64,000 nt of DNA from Oceanispirochaeta sp. (GTDB lineage Bacteria; Spirochaetota; Spirochaetia; DSM-2461), in the NCBI GenBank assembly GCA_963666275.2, contig CAXXOA010000001.1, positions 2,304,001-2,368,000 of the forward strand, read 5' to 3'. A program made the position numbers and the translations under genes. The notes below the pieces were generated by a model, which saw only the letters and a list, made by a program, of their open reading frames with translations, ran no database searches and was not told the DNA's origin. This document shows, piece after piece, positions 1-9,121 of the stretch; position 1 is the stretch's first letter, and every line of letters begins with the position of its first letter.

Positions 1-1244
1 ACAGAAGAAACCGTACCGGACCGGGAAGGATCAAAATACATGACGGTAGGACGCGCTGTATACAGGGGCCAGGATTCGGCATATCGCCACTCCTCCCCTT
101 TTCTGGCATTCAGGGTGTAGTACTGAATGGGAGGAGCTTTATCTATACCGTTGTTGATTCCCTTCAGATTGAAATCAAACCATCGTGTATACACCTCGCT
201 CATATCAATATTGGGATTGCTGTATTTTTCTTTGTCCGTATAGGCCCTTATGGCTTCCACATGATTCCAGGGCCCCATCAGCAGTTTTCCGCCCCACTGC
301 TTCTGGGCAACAAACAGCCCCAGAGCATTGGAATCAAACCAGCCCCCGATCTGATAGAGATTGATCCCGCTGTTAATGAAACCTTCCGAACTGGTCACAG
401 GCGGTATGGTAAGATTTGTTTTCTCTCCGTTGAAATTCACATTGGGTGTATCCCGATACATATTGGCATACAGCAGATTGGGAATGAAATTTTTATTATG
501 AGCATACTGGTCCTCCACATAGGCCTGATAGGCCATATCGCCATCAGGGTCCGCGTCAACGGGGTCCACCTTTTCAAGGAATTCCTCTTTGCTCAGCTTC
601 GGCCCTCCCTGAAAGCCCGAAAGCATCCGGGAAGGAAGAGCGGACACTCCGTTGGGATAGTTCTGATAGTAGAAATCGATATTAGCCACGGCGGGTGTAA
701 TCGCCTCCAGCCCCTTGGGAGCCAGAGTGGCAGATGCCAGCTGGATAAACCCTCTGTTGGATCCTCCCAGCATTCCCACCTTTCCGCTGCTCCAGGGCTG
801 TGCATTGACCCACTGAATGACGGCGACCACGTCCTGTCTGTTCTCCAGGGAGGCAAAGCTGTCGTTCACACCAAAGGAGGCGCCGCAGCCCCGCATCTCT
901 GTGATAACATAGACATAGCCCCGGGAAATCAGATTTTCCACTATGGTCCTGTCTATAATAGCGCCTTTCTCCCATCTCCCTCCGCGGGAAGCCAGAAACA
1001 GGACCGGCAGCTTCTCTTTGACAGGCTTTCCGGAACTGTCCTGGGGCCGAATAATATCTGTAGCGAGCCTGGTACCGTCAAATCCCGGGATATACAGAGA
1101 TTCCCTGGCATATCCGGTATACTTTTCCTCTGACTGGAAACTCTCCGGTTCATCCGTACGGCTTGCACAGGACAGAAACAGAAGTGACAGCCACAACAGG
1201 GGCAGGACAAATAGAATAAATTTCCTCTTTCTTATGTTAACCAT
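1..1244 (-). CDS. CocE/NonD family serine hydrolase lipoprotein (3' end runs off the window)
   Basis: Absent from the ORF track; translated by hand from ATG 1244 (RBS AAGGAG): MVNIRKRKFILFVLPLLWLSLLFLSC (lipobox) ... DGTRLATDI ... EMRGCGASFG ... QPWSSGKVGMLGGSNRG ... GGWFD ... GPWNH, which are CocE/NonD motifs. Confidence 0.85.
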   Translation of the reverse strand, partial: MVNIRKRKFILFVLPLLWLSLLFLSCASRTDEPESFQSEEKYTGYARESLYIPGFDGTRLATDIIRPQDSSGKPVKEKLPVLFLASRGGRWEKGAIIDRTIVENLISRGYVYVITEMRGCGASFGVNDSFASLENRQDVVAVIQWVNAQPWSSGKVGMLGGSNRGFIQLASATLAPKGLEAITPAVANIDFYYQNYPNGVSALPSRMLSGFQGGPKLSKEEFLEKVDPVDADPDGDMAYQAYVEDQYAHNKNFIPNLLYANMYRDTPNVNFNGEKTNLTIPPVTSSEGFINSGINLYQIGGWFDSNALGLFVAQKQWGGKLLMGPWNHVEAIRAYTDKEKYSNPNIDMSEVYTRWFDFNLKGINNGIDKAPPIQYYTLNARKGEEWRYAESWPLYTARPTVMYFDPSRSGTVSS

Positions 1245-1292
1245 TTATAGAGTTCTCCTTTTTTTACAGTAACATGGTTTATTGTGAAATCT

Positions 1293-2648
1293 TTACTCTG
1301 CGAAGGAATCAAAGAATTCGTAGGTTTCCTGAAGTGCCCGGGGCCATTCGGAACCGTGGAGAGCCCCTCCTACAGTGATAAAATCCACTATATTGGCTCC
1401 CTGTCCCAGAGCGGTCTCATAGGCATCAAGCATCAGATCGTAGCCGTTCCTGTCTTCGGTCCCTCCCACATAGAGAGCGGGAGTCGTCACGCTCTGCCAG
1501 TCAAAAAAAGCGGGTTCCACAAAAGCGCCGGAAGGACTGCAGGCGGCAAATCTTTCAGGATAGGCTGCCACCTGATACCAGGTTCCGCAGCCCCCCATGG
1601 AGATTCCCATAAGAAAGACCCTGTCTCCGGAGATATTCCATCGGGATTCCACATAGTCCATGGCCAGCTGCACATTCTCTCCCGAGAGTTCAATATCCCT
1701 CAGCTGCCCTTCAGAGTAGCCGGCAGGATTTTGAGGATCTGTCTCTGCTGTCACCGGAAACATCCCGTAAGGAGGAACTTTCATGCCGAAATTGCCCAGA
1801 AAGTAATAGGATTCGGGCCACATGACGATATAGCCGTAGGATTCGGCATATTCCATCATCAGGGTGCCCTGCGGGCTGTCGGGGATGGATGTGGCATTTC
1901 CTGTGGCTCCATGAAGCTGAACAATCATCTTATTGGGAACAGCCGGATTGTAGGTACCGGGTATATAGACTGTGACGGCTTCAAGGCGTCCCACCGAATC
2001 GTTCCAGTAGGTCCAGTAACTTTTGCCGTAGGGCTTTCCCCGGAAGAACATTTTCAGCTGCCTGGTGTCATCTCTGGTAACGGCAAATTCCGCATTGTTC
2101 CCCAGCCCGAAGTATCCGCCCTGTTCTGTAAGGATTTTTCCAAACCCTTTCACCATGAAATCCAGAAAGGGGACATAGATCTGTTTTCCCTCAGCAAAGG
2201 GAGCTGCTTCGAGCTGAACCTTTCCATTCCATGTGCTCATATCCAGACGATCCAGTTCAATTTGTGCCTCCACAGAGGCATGACTCAGAGTAATACGGGC
2301 ATCGGATATTTCCACGGTAAAATCCGGAGCATAGATCCTTTCCAGATCCTCCAGAGAGATGTAAAGGATATCATCCACTGTCCTGTAGGGGTTTATCAGG
2401 TCGTATCTGAAATAATCCAGAAACAGAGTATTCTGATTTTCCGAGATATAAATTCCGCCGGGTCTCCAGGAATATAAATTCCCGTTGGGGGTTGTGTCAT
2501 ACATCTTTACGACGGATTCCGCCGGTATCTCAGCCGTATTCCCGGACTCACTGGAGTCCGCCCCATTCATAGAGGCACAGCCAGCCCCGGCCAGAACGAG
2601 AGCTGTTACCAATAGGGCTTTGACCCCCTTGTTTTTTTCTTTGGACAT
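1293..2648 (-). CDS. Lipoprotein with N-terminal stalk-like domain and C-terminal alpha/beta-hydrolase (esterase/PHB-depolymerase-like)
   Basis: Lipobox LAGAGC; LHG, GISMGG nucleophile elbow, GTED and ALHG give a plausible Ser-Asp-His triad; RBS AAGGAG. Confidence 0.75.
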   Translation of the reverse strand: MSKEKNKGVKALLVTALVLAGAGCASMNGADSSESGNTAEIPAESVVKMYDTTPNGNLYSWRPGGIYISENQNTLFLDYFRYDLINPYRTVDDILYISLEDLERIYAPDFTVEISDARITLSHASVEAQIELDRLDMSTWNGKVQLEAAPFAEGKQIYVPFLDFMVKGFGKILTEQGGYFGLGNNAEFAVTRDDTRQLKMFFRGKPYGKSYWTYWNDSVGRLEAVTVYIPGTYNPAVPNKMIVQLHGATGNATSIPDSPQGTLMMEYAESYGYIVMWPESYYFLGNFGMKVPPYGMFPVTAETDPQNPAGYSEGQLRDIELSGENVQLAMDYVESRWNISGDRVFLMGISMGGCGTWYQVAAYPERFAACSPSGAFVEPAFFDWQSVTTPALYVGGTEDRNGYDLMLDAYETALGQGANIVDFITVGGALHGSEWPRALQETYEFFDSFAE

Positions 2649-2956
2649 AGTCTTCTCCTTTATAACTCCCTCTTTTCAGGATTCCACGATTCTCCCCCGT
2701 AAGAATCCATCAGTTGTGGGATATCCTTAATTTCTTCCGTTCGAAAAAAATTGTAGGCCTTCCCACCTTGGGAACCTCAAGATTTTATTTCTGTGATTTT
2801 TCCTATGTGTATAAAAATAGAGGAGAAGCTGAAAAGGGGCGTTCCTGTTCCTGCCGGGGAGAGGTACTGCTGAAGAGGTATGATCCATTTATTTCCGGAT
2901 AGGTGTTTTTCAGACTCGAAAAAACAGGGAGAATATCCGGGACAGGAAAAATTATA

Positions 2957-3403
2957 TCAGGGAGTTTCTGATTTTTCTGCGGGCCACTTCCAGGCTGTCC
3001 GGATAATCAGCAGAAGGAAGAGGAGTTCCAGGATTTCATTGATCCGCCAGTAGATCCAGACCTGATCCTCTCCTATAAACTGGGTTCCCCCCAGAACCAG
3101 GATGTGGAATATTCCCATACCAATATTCACAATCCGGTTCACAGAAGCTTTTACAGTCAAAGATATAAAAATCATGAGACTGGGGAGTGCCATAAGAACA
3201 GCAGCAGCTATAAGCATAGGCTGATCAAAGACAACCCCCTCCAGCCCACCTTCGGTCAGTTGGGCAACATGTCCGGGCTGATAGAATGACAGAATATCAT
3301 TATAGATATACAGAAACATCAGAGCCGTCCAGAAAAGGGCCAGTTTGACTTTAACATTGACTTTTTCGTCGGTCAGTAGCCGTTCTCTATGATTTTTCTC
3401 CAT
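2957..3403 (-). CDS. Small membrane protein (DUF6326-like)
   Basis: About four hydrophobic segments; KVKLALFWTALMFLYIYNDI start and AWKWP end resemble this family; RBS AAGGAG. Confidence 0.6.
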   Translation of the reverse strand: MEKNHRERLLTDEKVNVKVKLALFWTALMFLYIYNDILSFYQPGHVAQLTEGGLEGVVFDQPMLIAAAVLMALPSLMIFISLTVKASVNRIVNIGMGIFHILVLGGTQFIGEDQVWIYWRINEILELLFLLLIIRTAWKWPAEKSETP

Positions 3404-3605
3404 TATTATTCTCCTTCCTTTTCCTTGATTCAGATGCTTCTTTCCTTCAGGGCTTATCTGAACTCTCTTATTATTAAACAGGAGATACAGACAAAACTGT
3501 TTCCGGACATCCGAATAATTTTTAAGCAGAATTTTTCAGTAGATTTATAAAATCATAAGATATATTCTTGCGTATTTTTTCAAATCTGCTGAAACTGATA
3601 TCAAT

Positions 3606-4139
3606 ATGAAAAAATACGCGGCCCTTTTTCGGGGAATCAATGTGGGGGGGAAGAATCTCCTCCCTATGAAAGAACTGACGGCTCTGTTGGAACAGCTGGG
3701 ATGTGAAAAAGTTAAAACTTATATTCAGAGCGGGAATGTTGTGTTTCAGACAGAGCAGGTAAATATCCTTGCCCTGAACGGAGAGATCAGACAGAAAATA
3801 CAGGAAACCCGTGGTTTTACACCGGAGATTCTGATTCTGGCGGAGTCGGACCTTGGGGATGCGATACAAAATAATCCCTTTCAGACAGAGGAAGGAAAGG
3901 CCCTGCACTTCTTTTTTACCTCCCGGTCCCCGGATGCCCCTGATTTGGATTCTCTCATATCCCTGAAAAGCCCATCCGAAGAATTTTCCCTGAAAGGGCA
4001 TGTATTGTACCTCCATGCTCCCGATGGGATCGGCCGTTCCCGGCTGGCCGCCCGTGTGGAGAAAGCCCTGGGGGTTCCTGTAACAGCAAGGAACTGGAAT
4101 ACTGTGAAGAAAATAGACGAACTGATTTCCCGATTATAA
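3606..4139 (+). CDS. DUF1697 domain protein
   Basis: ALFRGINVGGKN, TYIQSGNVVF and TARNWNTV signature motifs. Confidence 0.9.
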   Translation: MKKYAALFRGINVGGKNLLPMKELTALLEQLGCEKVKTYIQSGNVVFQTEQVNILALNGEIRQKIQETRGFTPEILILAESDLGDAIQNNPFQTEEGKALHFFFTSRSPDAPDLDSLISLKSPSEEFSLKGHVLYLHAPDGIGRSRLAARVEKALGVPVTARNWNTVKKIDELISRL

Positions 4140-4264
4140 TCCGTTCTTCCCTACTCTGGGGCTCTCTTCATATTTGGTTCATACTTTTTATAGATATAAT
4201 TTGTACTATATATACCATTTTAAATGATAGACTGGCGGATATTACACCATTTCAGGAGTCTGTC

Positions 4265-5392
4265 ATGAAAATCGGAAAAACAGGAAAAGTCCGCCTTACG
4301 GTTCTCACTCTGCTGCTTATATTTATTACCTGGGAAGCGGCTATGCATCAAATAAAGGGAGGCGGCCCTGACGGCGCCCCCTCCATACATGCCCTCTGTC
4401 CCTACGGGGGACTGGAAAGCCTTTACACAATTTTTACAAGCGGGACATTTATTGATAAAATATATGCTGGTACCCTGGGACTTTTTATAGTTACAGTCGT
4501 CCTGGCACTGCTGTTCAACCGGGGATTCTGCGGCTGGTTATGTCCCTTCGGCGCATTGCAGGAGTGGCTGGGGAAACTGGGAGGAAAAATCCTTCCCAGG
4601 AAAATGATCCTACCCGCTAAACTTGACAGAGTTCTGCGCTATCTGAAATATCCGGTTCTTGCACTGACCCTTATCCTCTCCTGGAGAACAGCCTCCATGT
4701 GGGTCTCCCCTTACGATCCCTGGGCTGCCTATGGTCATCTGGGAGAGGGATTTTCTTCTTTGTGGAAGGAATTTACCATAGGTACGGTCCTTCTGGCTGT
4801 CACTGTGATCGGATCCTTTTTCTATGATCGTTTCTTCTGTAAATATCTCTGCCCCATGGGCGAATTCCTCGGCCTTTTCTCCCGGATCAGTCTCACTGGC
4901 ATCAGAAGAGACAAGGAAAAATGTATAGACTGCAATCTCTGTACATCAGCCTGTCCCATGAATATTGATGTAGCCAGGATTGAAAAAACCGGTCATTCCG
5001 AATGTATAAACTGTCAGGACTGTACCTCTGTCTGCCCCAGTAAGGGAGCCCTGGAAAACAGATTTTTAAACAGATTTCCCATAAAACCTCTTACAACAGG
5101 TCTCCTGATCCTGGCTGTATTTTCCGCCGGGCTGGGAATCCTGCGGATCAGCGGCCGGGACAGTTTTCTCCCGGCACCGATCGATGAAACAACGGTTATT
5201 GTCGAAATTGAAAACCTCAAGGGTTATATGACTATAGCGGAAATTTCCACGGTAACGGGAATCCCCCTGGATGAAGTGTACCGCCGCATGAACATTCCTG
5301 AAAACACCCCTTCCGCCACTCCCATGAAAGAAATGGGCGATTATCTCCCGGGATTCGACTTTCATGAAGCCAGAGAAAAACTTGCTGAATAG
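4265..5392 (+). CDS. Membrane 4Fe-4S binding protein (NapH/NosR-type polyferredoxin)
   Basis: CPYG, CGWLCPFG, CKYLCPMG and two CxxCxxCxxxCP motifs with TM helices; RBS AGGAG. Confidence 0.85.
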   Translation: MKIGKTGKVRLTVLTLLLIFITWEAAMHQIKGGGPDGAPSIHALCPYGGLESLYTIFTSGTFIDKIYAGTLGLFIVTVVLALLFNRGFCGWLCPFGALQEWLGKLGGKILPRKMILPAKLDRVLRYLKYPVLALTLILSWRTASMWVSPYDPWAAYGHLGEGFSSLWKEFTIGTVLLAVTVIGSFFYDRFFCKYLCPMGEFLGLFSRISLTGIRRDKEKCIDCNLCTSACPMNIDVARIEKTGHSECINCQDCTSVCPSKGALENRFLNRFPIKPLTTGLLILAVFSAGLGILRISGRDSFLPAPIDETTVIVEIENLKGYMTIAEISTVTGIPLDEVYRRMNIPENTPSATPMKEMGDYLPGFDFHEAREKLAE

Positions 5393-5401
5393 TTCAATGT
5401 T

Positions 5402-6586
5402 TCAGGATCCGGACTTTCCTGCCGGATCCTTCAGATAATCGCAGATGATCCGGCCGGCGCTAATCCAGTCCTGTGTGGCCGTATGGGCACCTCCGGATAT
5501 TCTCAGCGACCGGGATGATCTTTCAGCAGGTCGCCCCATCCCTTCCAGAATGGAACTCTTCCCGTCGACACTGCCTGTACAGGCGCAGAAACGGCTGATA
5601 CAGAGATGATTTTGAGCCAGAAAGAGGAAGAGCTCTTCCATATCCATTTCAGGGACCTCCAGGCTGATATTCAATACACCGGGAACCTTGTTTACGGGAC
5701 TTTCCATCCTGAAGGGAAGATTCATTTTCTTCCAGTAGTGGACAGCCTCTTTTTCCTGAACAGCCAGGCGGGACTGTATCTCCTTCCTCCGCTGCTGATA
5801 CTTCCCTATCCCTTTCACAAGGACCATCTGAAGAGCGGGATTGGTACTGTCCGGAAGAGTCTCCTCTATTTCCCGGAAAGCTTCCTTTTTAAGCCCCAGC
5901 AGAGCGATTCCCCGGGGAACATGAAATTTATGACCGCTCAGGAAGAACAGATCACAGAAAGGCAGCCAGAAAGCCTCGTCCATTCGCGTGAATGCCTGAA
6001 CAGCATCGCAGAGGTCCAGTCCCTTCCGGAAGTGTGCATACTGATACAGGGTTTCAGGTTTTTCAAGGCCACCTGTTTCATGATTGACCGCCGAATAGAT
6101 CAGCACAGGACGTTCTGCTTCCGGGCTGGCAGAAAGAGCGGAAAGGTCCATCACTCCTTCCGGATCTACAGGAACGGCCGTATAGGGAAGCTTCAGAGCC
6201 TCCAGAGCCTGGAAGACCGAAGGATGGCAAATCCCGGAAGGATAGTAATGAAAGGCCTGCCTTCTCCTCTCTGATAGACTTTGACAGAAAAACAGCCCTT
6301 TCAGCACCGCCTCTGTCCCGGTTGAGGGAAAATGGGAATAAAAGTCAGCCGAAAAAATATCATCCAGAAGAGTTTGAGCTTTTTCCGATACTTTCAGCGC
6401 TTCACTGCCCGTACCATGAGGACTCATCGGGTGGCCCCATGAACTGAGTGACAGATTCTGGTATTCTCCCAACAGTTCCCGGTCAGGCTCTGTGGTGGCA
6501 TTATAATCCAGATAGATCTGTTTACGGGAATCATAGTTAAACCGGGAGTTTATGAGGTTTTTCTGAACTTTACAGGGACAGGCCAT
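5402..6586 (-). CDS. Class V PLP aminotransferase, cysteine desulfurase-like (divergent NifS/IscS)
   Basis: IYLDYNATT, NHETG, DAVQA, SGHKF (PLP Lys), FCACTG at the catalytic loop, SLRIS. Confidence 0.8.
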   Translation of the reverse strand: MACPCKVQKNLINSRFNYDSRKQIYLDYNATTEPDRELLGEYQNLSLSSWGHPMSPHGTGSEALKVSEKAQTLLDDIFSADFYSHFPSTGTEAVLKGLFFCQSLSERRRQAFHYYPSGICHPSVFQALEALKLPYTAVPVDPEGVMDLSALSASPEAERPVLIYSAVNHETGGLEKPETLYQYAHFRKGLDLCDAVQAFTRMDEAFWLPFCDLFFLSGHKFHVPRGIALLGLKKEAFREIEETLPDSTNPALQMVLVKGIGKYQQRRKEIQSRLAVQEKEAVHYWKKMNLPFRMESPVNKVPGVLNISLEVPEMDMEELFLFLAQNHLCISRFCACTGSVDGKSSILEGMGRPAERSSRSLRISGGAHTATQDWISAGRIICDYLKDPAGKSGS

Positions 6587-6727
6587 AGGATATACTCCAA
6601 AAATATATGAGAAAACCGGAAGTTCCGTTTCACTCTTATACTACAGGAAATTTTTCTGATTGAAAAATACTTACAGGAAATGAATAAAATGGCAGGATTT
6701 CTCTTGCCAAACCTGATCCTTTTTATT

Positions 6728-6743
6728 ATCGTATATATACGAT
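6728..6743. promoter_or_regulatory. Putative ArsR operator 1 (perfect palindrome ATCGTATATATACGAT)
   Basis: Overlaps the arsR start codon and a possible -10 (TTGCCA 6704 - 17 bp - TATCGT 6727); same motif recurs at 7100. Confidence 0.7.
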
Positions 6744-7071
6744 GAAGGATTTATATACGATTCTCCCCTACGGAGAAAAATGCTGCGAAATGAATCTCAG
6801 CGAAAAAGAGGAAGAGTTCTTTATAGAGATGTCCAGTGCCATAGGCAATCCTATCCGATTCAGGATTGTAAAGTATCTGAAGACCCATGCGGGCTGCATC
6901 ACAGGAGATCTTGTCAATGTCCTCCCCATTGCTCAGGCAACCACTTCGCAGCACCTGAAGGTTCTGAAAAAAGCCGGATGGATTGAAGGTACCATAGACG
7001 GTCCGGCTACCCGTTACTGTCTCCATCAGGAAAATGTGGAACGGTTCAGAGATATTGTAAGGCGTCTTTAA
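6742..7071 (+). CDS. arsR: ArsR/SmtB family transcriptional repressor
   Basis: GNPIRFRIV and AQATTSQHLKVLKKAGWI wHTH; Cys14, Cys15 and Cys52. Confidence 0.85.
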   Translation: MKDLYTILPYGEKCCEMNLSEKEEEFFIEMSSAIGNPIRFRIVKYLKTHAGCITGDLVNVLPIAQATTSQHLKVLKKAGWIEGTIDGPATRYCLHQENVERFRDIVRRL

Positions 7072-7099
7072 GTATCGTCGTTTTTTTTAAAATTCATTT

Positions 7100-7115
7100 A
7101 TCGCATTTTTACGAT
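7100..7115. promoter_or_regulatory. Putative ArsR operator 2 (ATCGCATTTTTACGAT)
   Basis: Same ATCGYA-N4-TACGAT motif, just upstream of the permease RBS (AAGGAG). Confidence 0.65.
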
Positions 7116-7129
7116 ATAAGGAGTAGGCA

Positions 7130-8206
7130 ATGAACATACTATATGAATTGAACTATCTGATGAGTTTTATACTGGAATCCCTGGCAGACAACTGGTGGCT
7201 CCTGGCAGTATCGGTTCCTCTGTCTGTGGCGGCAGGCTTTCTGGATTTCGGAGAGAGAGTCCGGAACAGCATAAACAGGAATCCCCTGGCAGGTATTCTG
7301 CTGGCAACTCTCTTCGGAGCCTTCAGCCCCCTCTGTTCCTGTACTGTGATACCGGCCATCTTCAGCCTTCTCAGCACGGGAGTCCCACTGGCTCCTGTGA
7401 TGAGCTTCTGGATAGCCTCTCCCTCTATGGATCCGGAGATATTTTTCCTTAGCGTGACCACGCTGGGATGGCCTCTGGCAACGGCCCGTTTGACAGCAAC
7501 CCTGCTGCTCAGTCTCAGTGCGGGCATCATCACCCATCACCTTGAAAAACGGCGTGTCATAGGCACTGAGATCCTGAAGGATTACAGAAATCCCCGTGTA
7601 GAATCCCTGGGCACTCTTGTGAGGCGCTGGTTGAATCAGGGTATGAGAAGAGTCAGGATAACTGCCGCCCCGGTGCTGCAGGGTAACAGTCCAGCAGAAA
7701 TCCGGAACCTGAGCTGCTGTGCCGTCAGGGAAACTTCCTGCTCTTCCGAATGCGGATCTGAAAATAGCGGTAAGGAAGCAAACAAATCTGCCGCTGCGGG
7801 CAGAATCCTGACACAAACCGTATCAGCAACCCTTTTTGTGGCAAAATTCATAGTTCTTGCTTTTTTTCTGGAAGCCCTGATACTCCGGTATATCCCCCAG
7901 GAAAAGATCGCCACCCTTTTGGGAAGTTCCTCCTATCTGGCTCCTCTGTGGATGACACTTCTGGGTGTCCCCCTCTACACAAGCACATTTGCCGCCATGG
8001 GAATAACCGGAGGTCTTTTGGAACAGGGCATGTCTCCCGGAGCAGGGCTTGCCTTTCTGATCTCTGGCCCCGTTACGACAATACCGGCCATGGCAGCGGT
8101 GTATCACATCGTGCGAAGGCGGGTATTCCTTCTCTATCTTGCCTTTCCTTTTGCCGGAGCCCTGATAGCCGGGTATCTCTGGGATTTGGTCAGAATGTTT
8201 TTCTGA
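7130..8206 (+). CDS. DUF318/ArsP-like permease
   Basis: PLCSCTVIP, SPSMDP, GAGLAFLISGP motifs; Cys-rich central loop; downstream of arsR. Confidence 0.85.
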   Translation: MNILYELNYLMSFILESLADNWWLLAVSVPLSVAAGFLDFGERVRNSINRNPLAGILLATLFGAFSPLCSCTVIPAIFSLLSTGVPLAPVMSFWIASPSMDPEIFFLSVTTLGWPLATARLTATLLLSLSAGIITHHLEKRRVIGTEILKDYRNPRVESLGTLVRRWLNQGMRRVRITAAPVLQGNSPAEIRNLSCCAVRETSCSSECGSENSGKEANKSAAAGRILTQTVSATLFVAKFIVLAFFLEALILRYIPQEKIATLLGSSSYLAPLWMTLLGVPLYTSTFAAMGITGGLLEQGMSPGAGLAFLISGPVTTIPAMAAVYHIVRRRVFLLYLAFPFAGALIAGYLWDLVRMFF

Positions 8207-8259
8207 TCATCAGGAAGACAATAGGAAGGAAATGAGAGCCTGATACTGAAGAGAGTCCA

Positions 8260-8299
8260 TCTGCTCCATCCCGGCTATACAGAGGATGGAGCAGAAAAA
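8260..8299 (-). terminator. Intrinsic terminator-like hairpin between the convergent permease and YoaK genes
   Basis: TCTGCTCCATCC ... GGATGGAGCAGA 12-bp inverted repeat. Confidence 0.5.
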
Positions 8300-8307
8300 C
8301 GGTCTCT

Positions 8308-8985
8308 TCAGCCGGCTCTTTCCTCTCTGTGAATCAGTAAATAGGCCGGCACCAGAAAAGCTATGCACAGGTAGATGGACGACGCCCCCATTCGGCCCGA
8401 GACGATACCGCCCAGGCTGGCCCCTCCTCCGAAAAATGCTATGACTGATATATAGAGAAGGAATTTCCGTCCGGCCCCTCTGTCTCGGAAGCGCAGAAAA
8501 AGATGAAGGTTCTCCATGGAAGACCGGAGATTCCCGGTTATCATTGTTGTTGCCACCGCAGAACCGTGAAGCCTGTTGAAAGTGGAAACCTGAACCGCCG
8601 CAATAAAGGAAACAATACAGGTAACACTGAAATCCGACAGGGTCTTTCCTGCCAGGCCGATCAGCAGAAAAGAGACAAATTCCAGGGCAAGCACAAGCTT
8701 TATTCTCAGGGAGTTTTCAGAAAGTCTGCGGAGGGATTTCAAAAACTCGGAAATAAGAATCCCCGCTGAAAAAGCCAGGATGGGAAAGAGGTATTTATCA
8801 ATTACCGCAAAATTCCCGCTCAGGAGAGAGATAGAGAACAGGACCACATTCCCAGTCTGGGCATTGGCAAAAACCCCGCCCTTGAGAACATAGGTATAGG
8901 CATCCAGGTAACCGCCGACAAGAGAAAGGGTATAGGCGATCAGAGCGTGCTCATGAATGGATGGAATATTTTGTGCTTTTTTCAA
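8308..8985 (-). CDS. YoaK/DUF1275 family membrane protein
   Basis: GGYLDAYTY, FANAQTGNVV, TTMITGNLR. Confidence 0.9.
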   Translation of the reverse strand: MKKAQNIPSIHEHALIAYTLSLVGGYLDAYTYVLKGGVFANAQTGNVVLFSISLLSGNFAVIDKYLFPILAFSAGILISEFLKSLRRLSENSLRIKLVLALEFVSFLLIGLAGKTLSDFSVTCIVSFIAAVQVSTFNRLHGSAVATTMITGNLRSSMENLHLFLRFRDRGAGRKFLLYISVIAFFGGGASLGGIVSGRMGASSIYLCIAFLVPAYLLIHREERAG

Positions 8986-9074
8986 CGTTTCTCCTTCAGA
9001 ATGGGTTCTTCCCGGGGAGAGTGTAGCAGAAGAGGAGCCTCATTGTCCCGGGGCTCTTCTGTGCTGTACCCCAC

Positions 9075-9103
9075 AAAAAAGGGCTGCCTCCGGGGCAGCC
9101 CTT
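9075..9103 (-). terminator. Rho-independent terminator of gltBD
   Basis: Minus strand reads AAGGGCTGCC-CCGGA-GGCAGCCCTT followed by a T-run, just after the gltD stop. Confidence 0.85.
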
Positions 9104-9121
9104 ATGAAATATCCGATAGGA

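Noticed and set aside
261..2477. Long + strand ORFs 261-1133 and 1284-2477
   Set aside because: Antisense shadows of the two minus-strand hydrolases; no motifs or RBS.
3522..4016. 164-aa minus-strand ORF
   Set aside because: Antisense to the well-supported DUF1697 gene.
7130..8206. Selenocysteine read-through in the permease
   Set aside because: No in-frame TGA interrupts the gene; the Cys-rich loop uses ordinary Cys codons.
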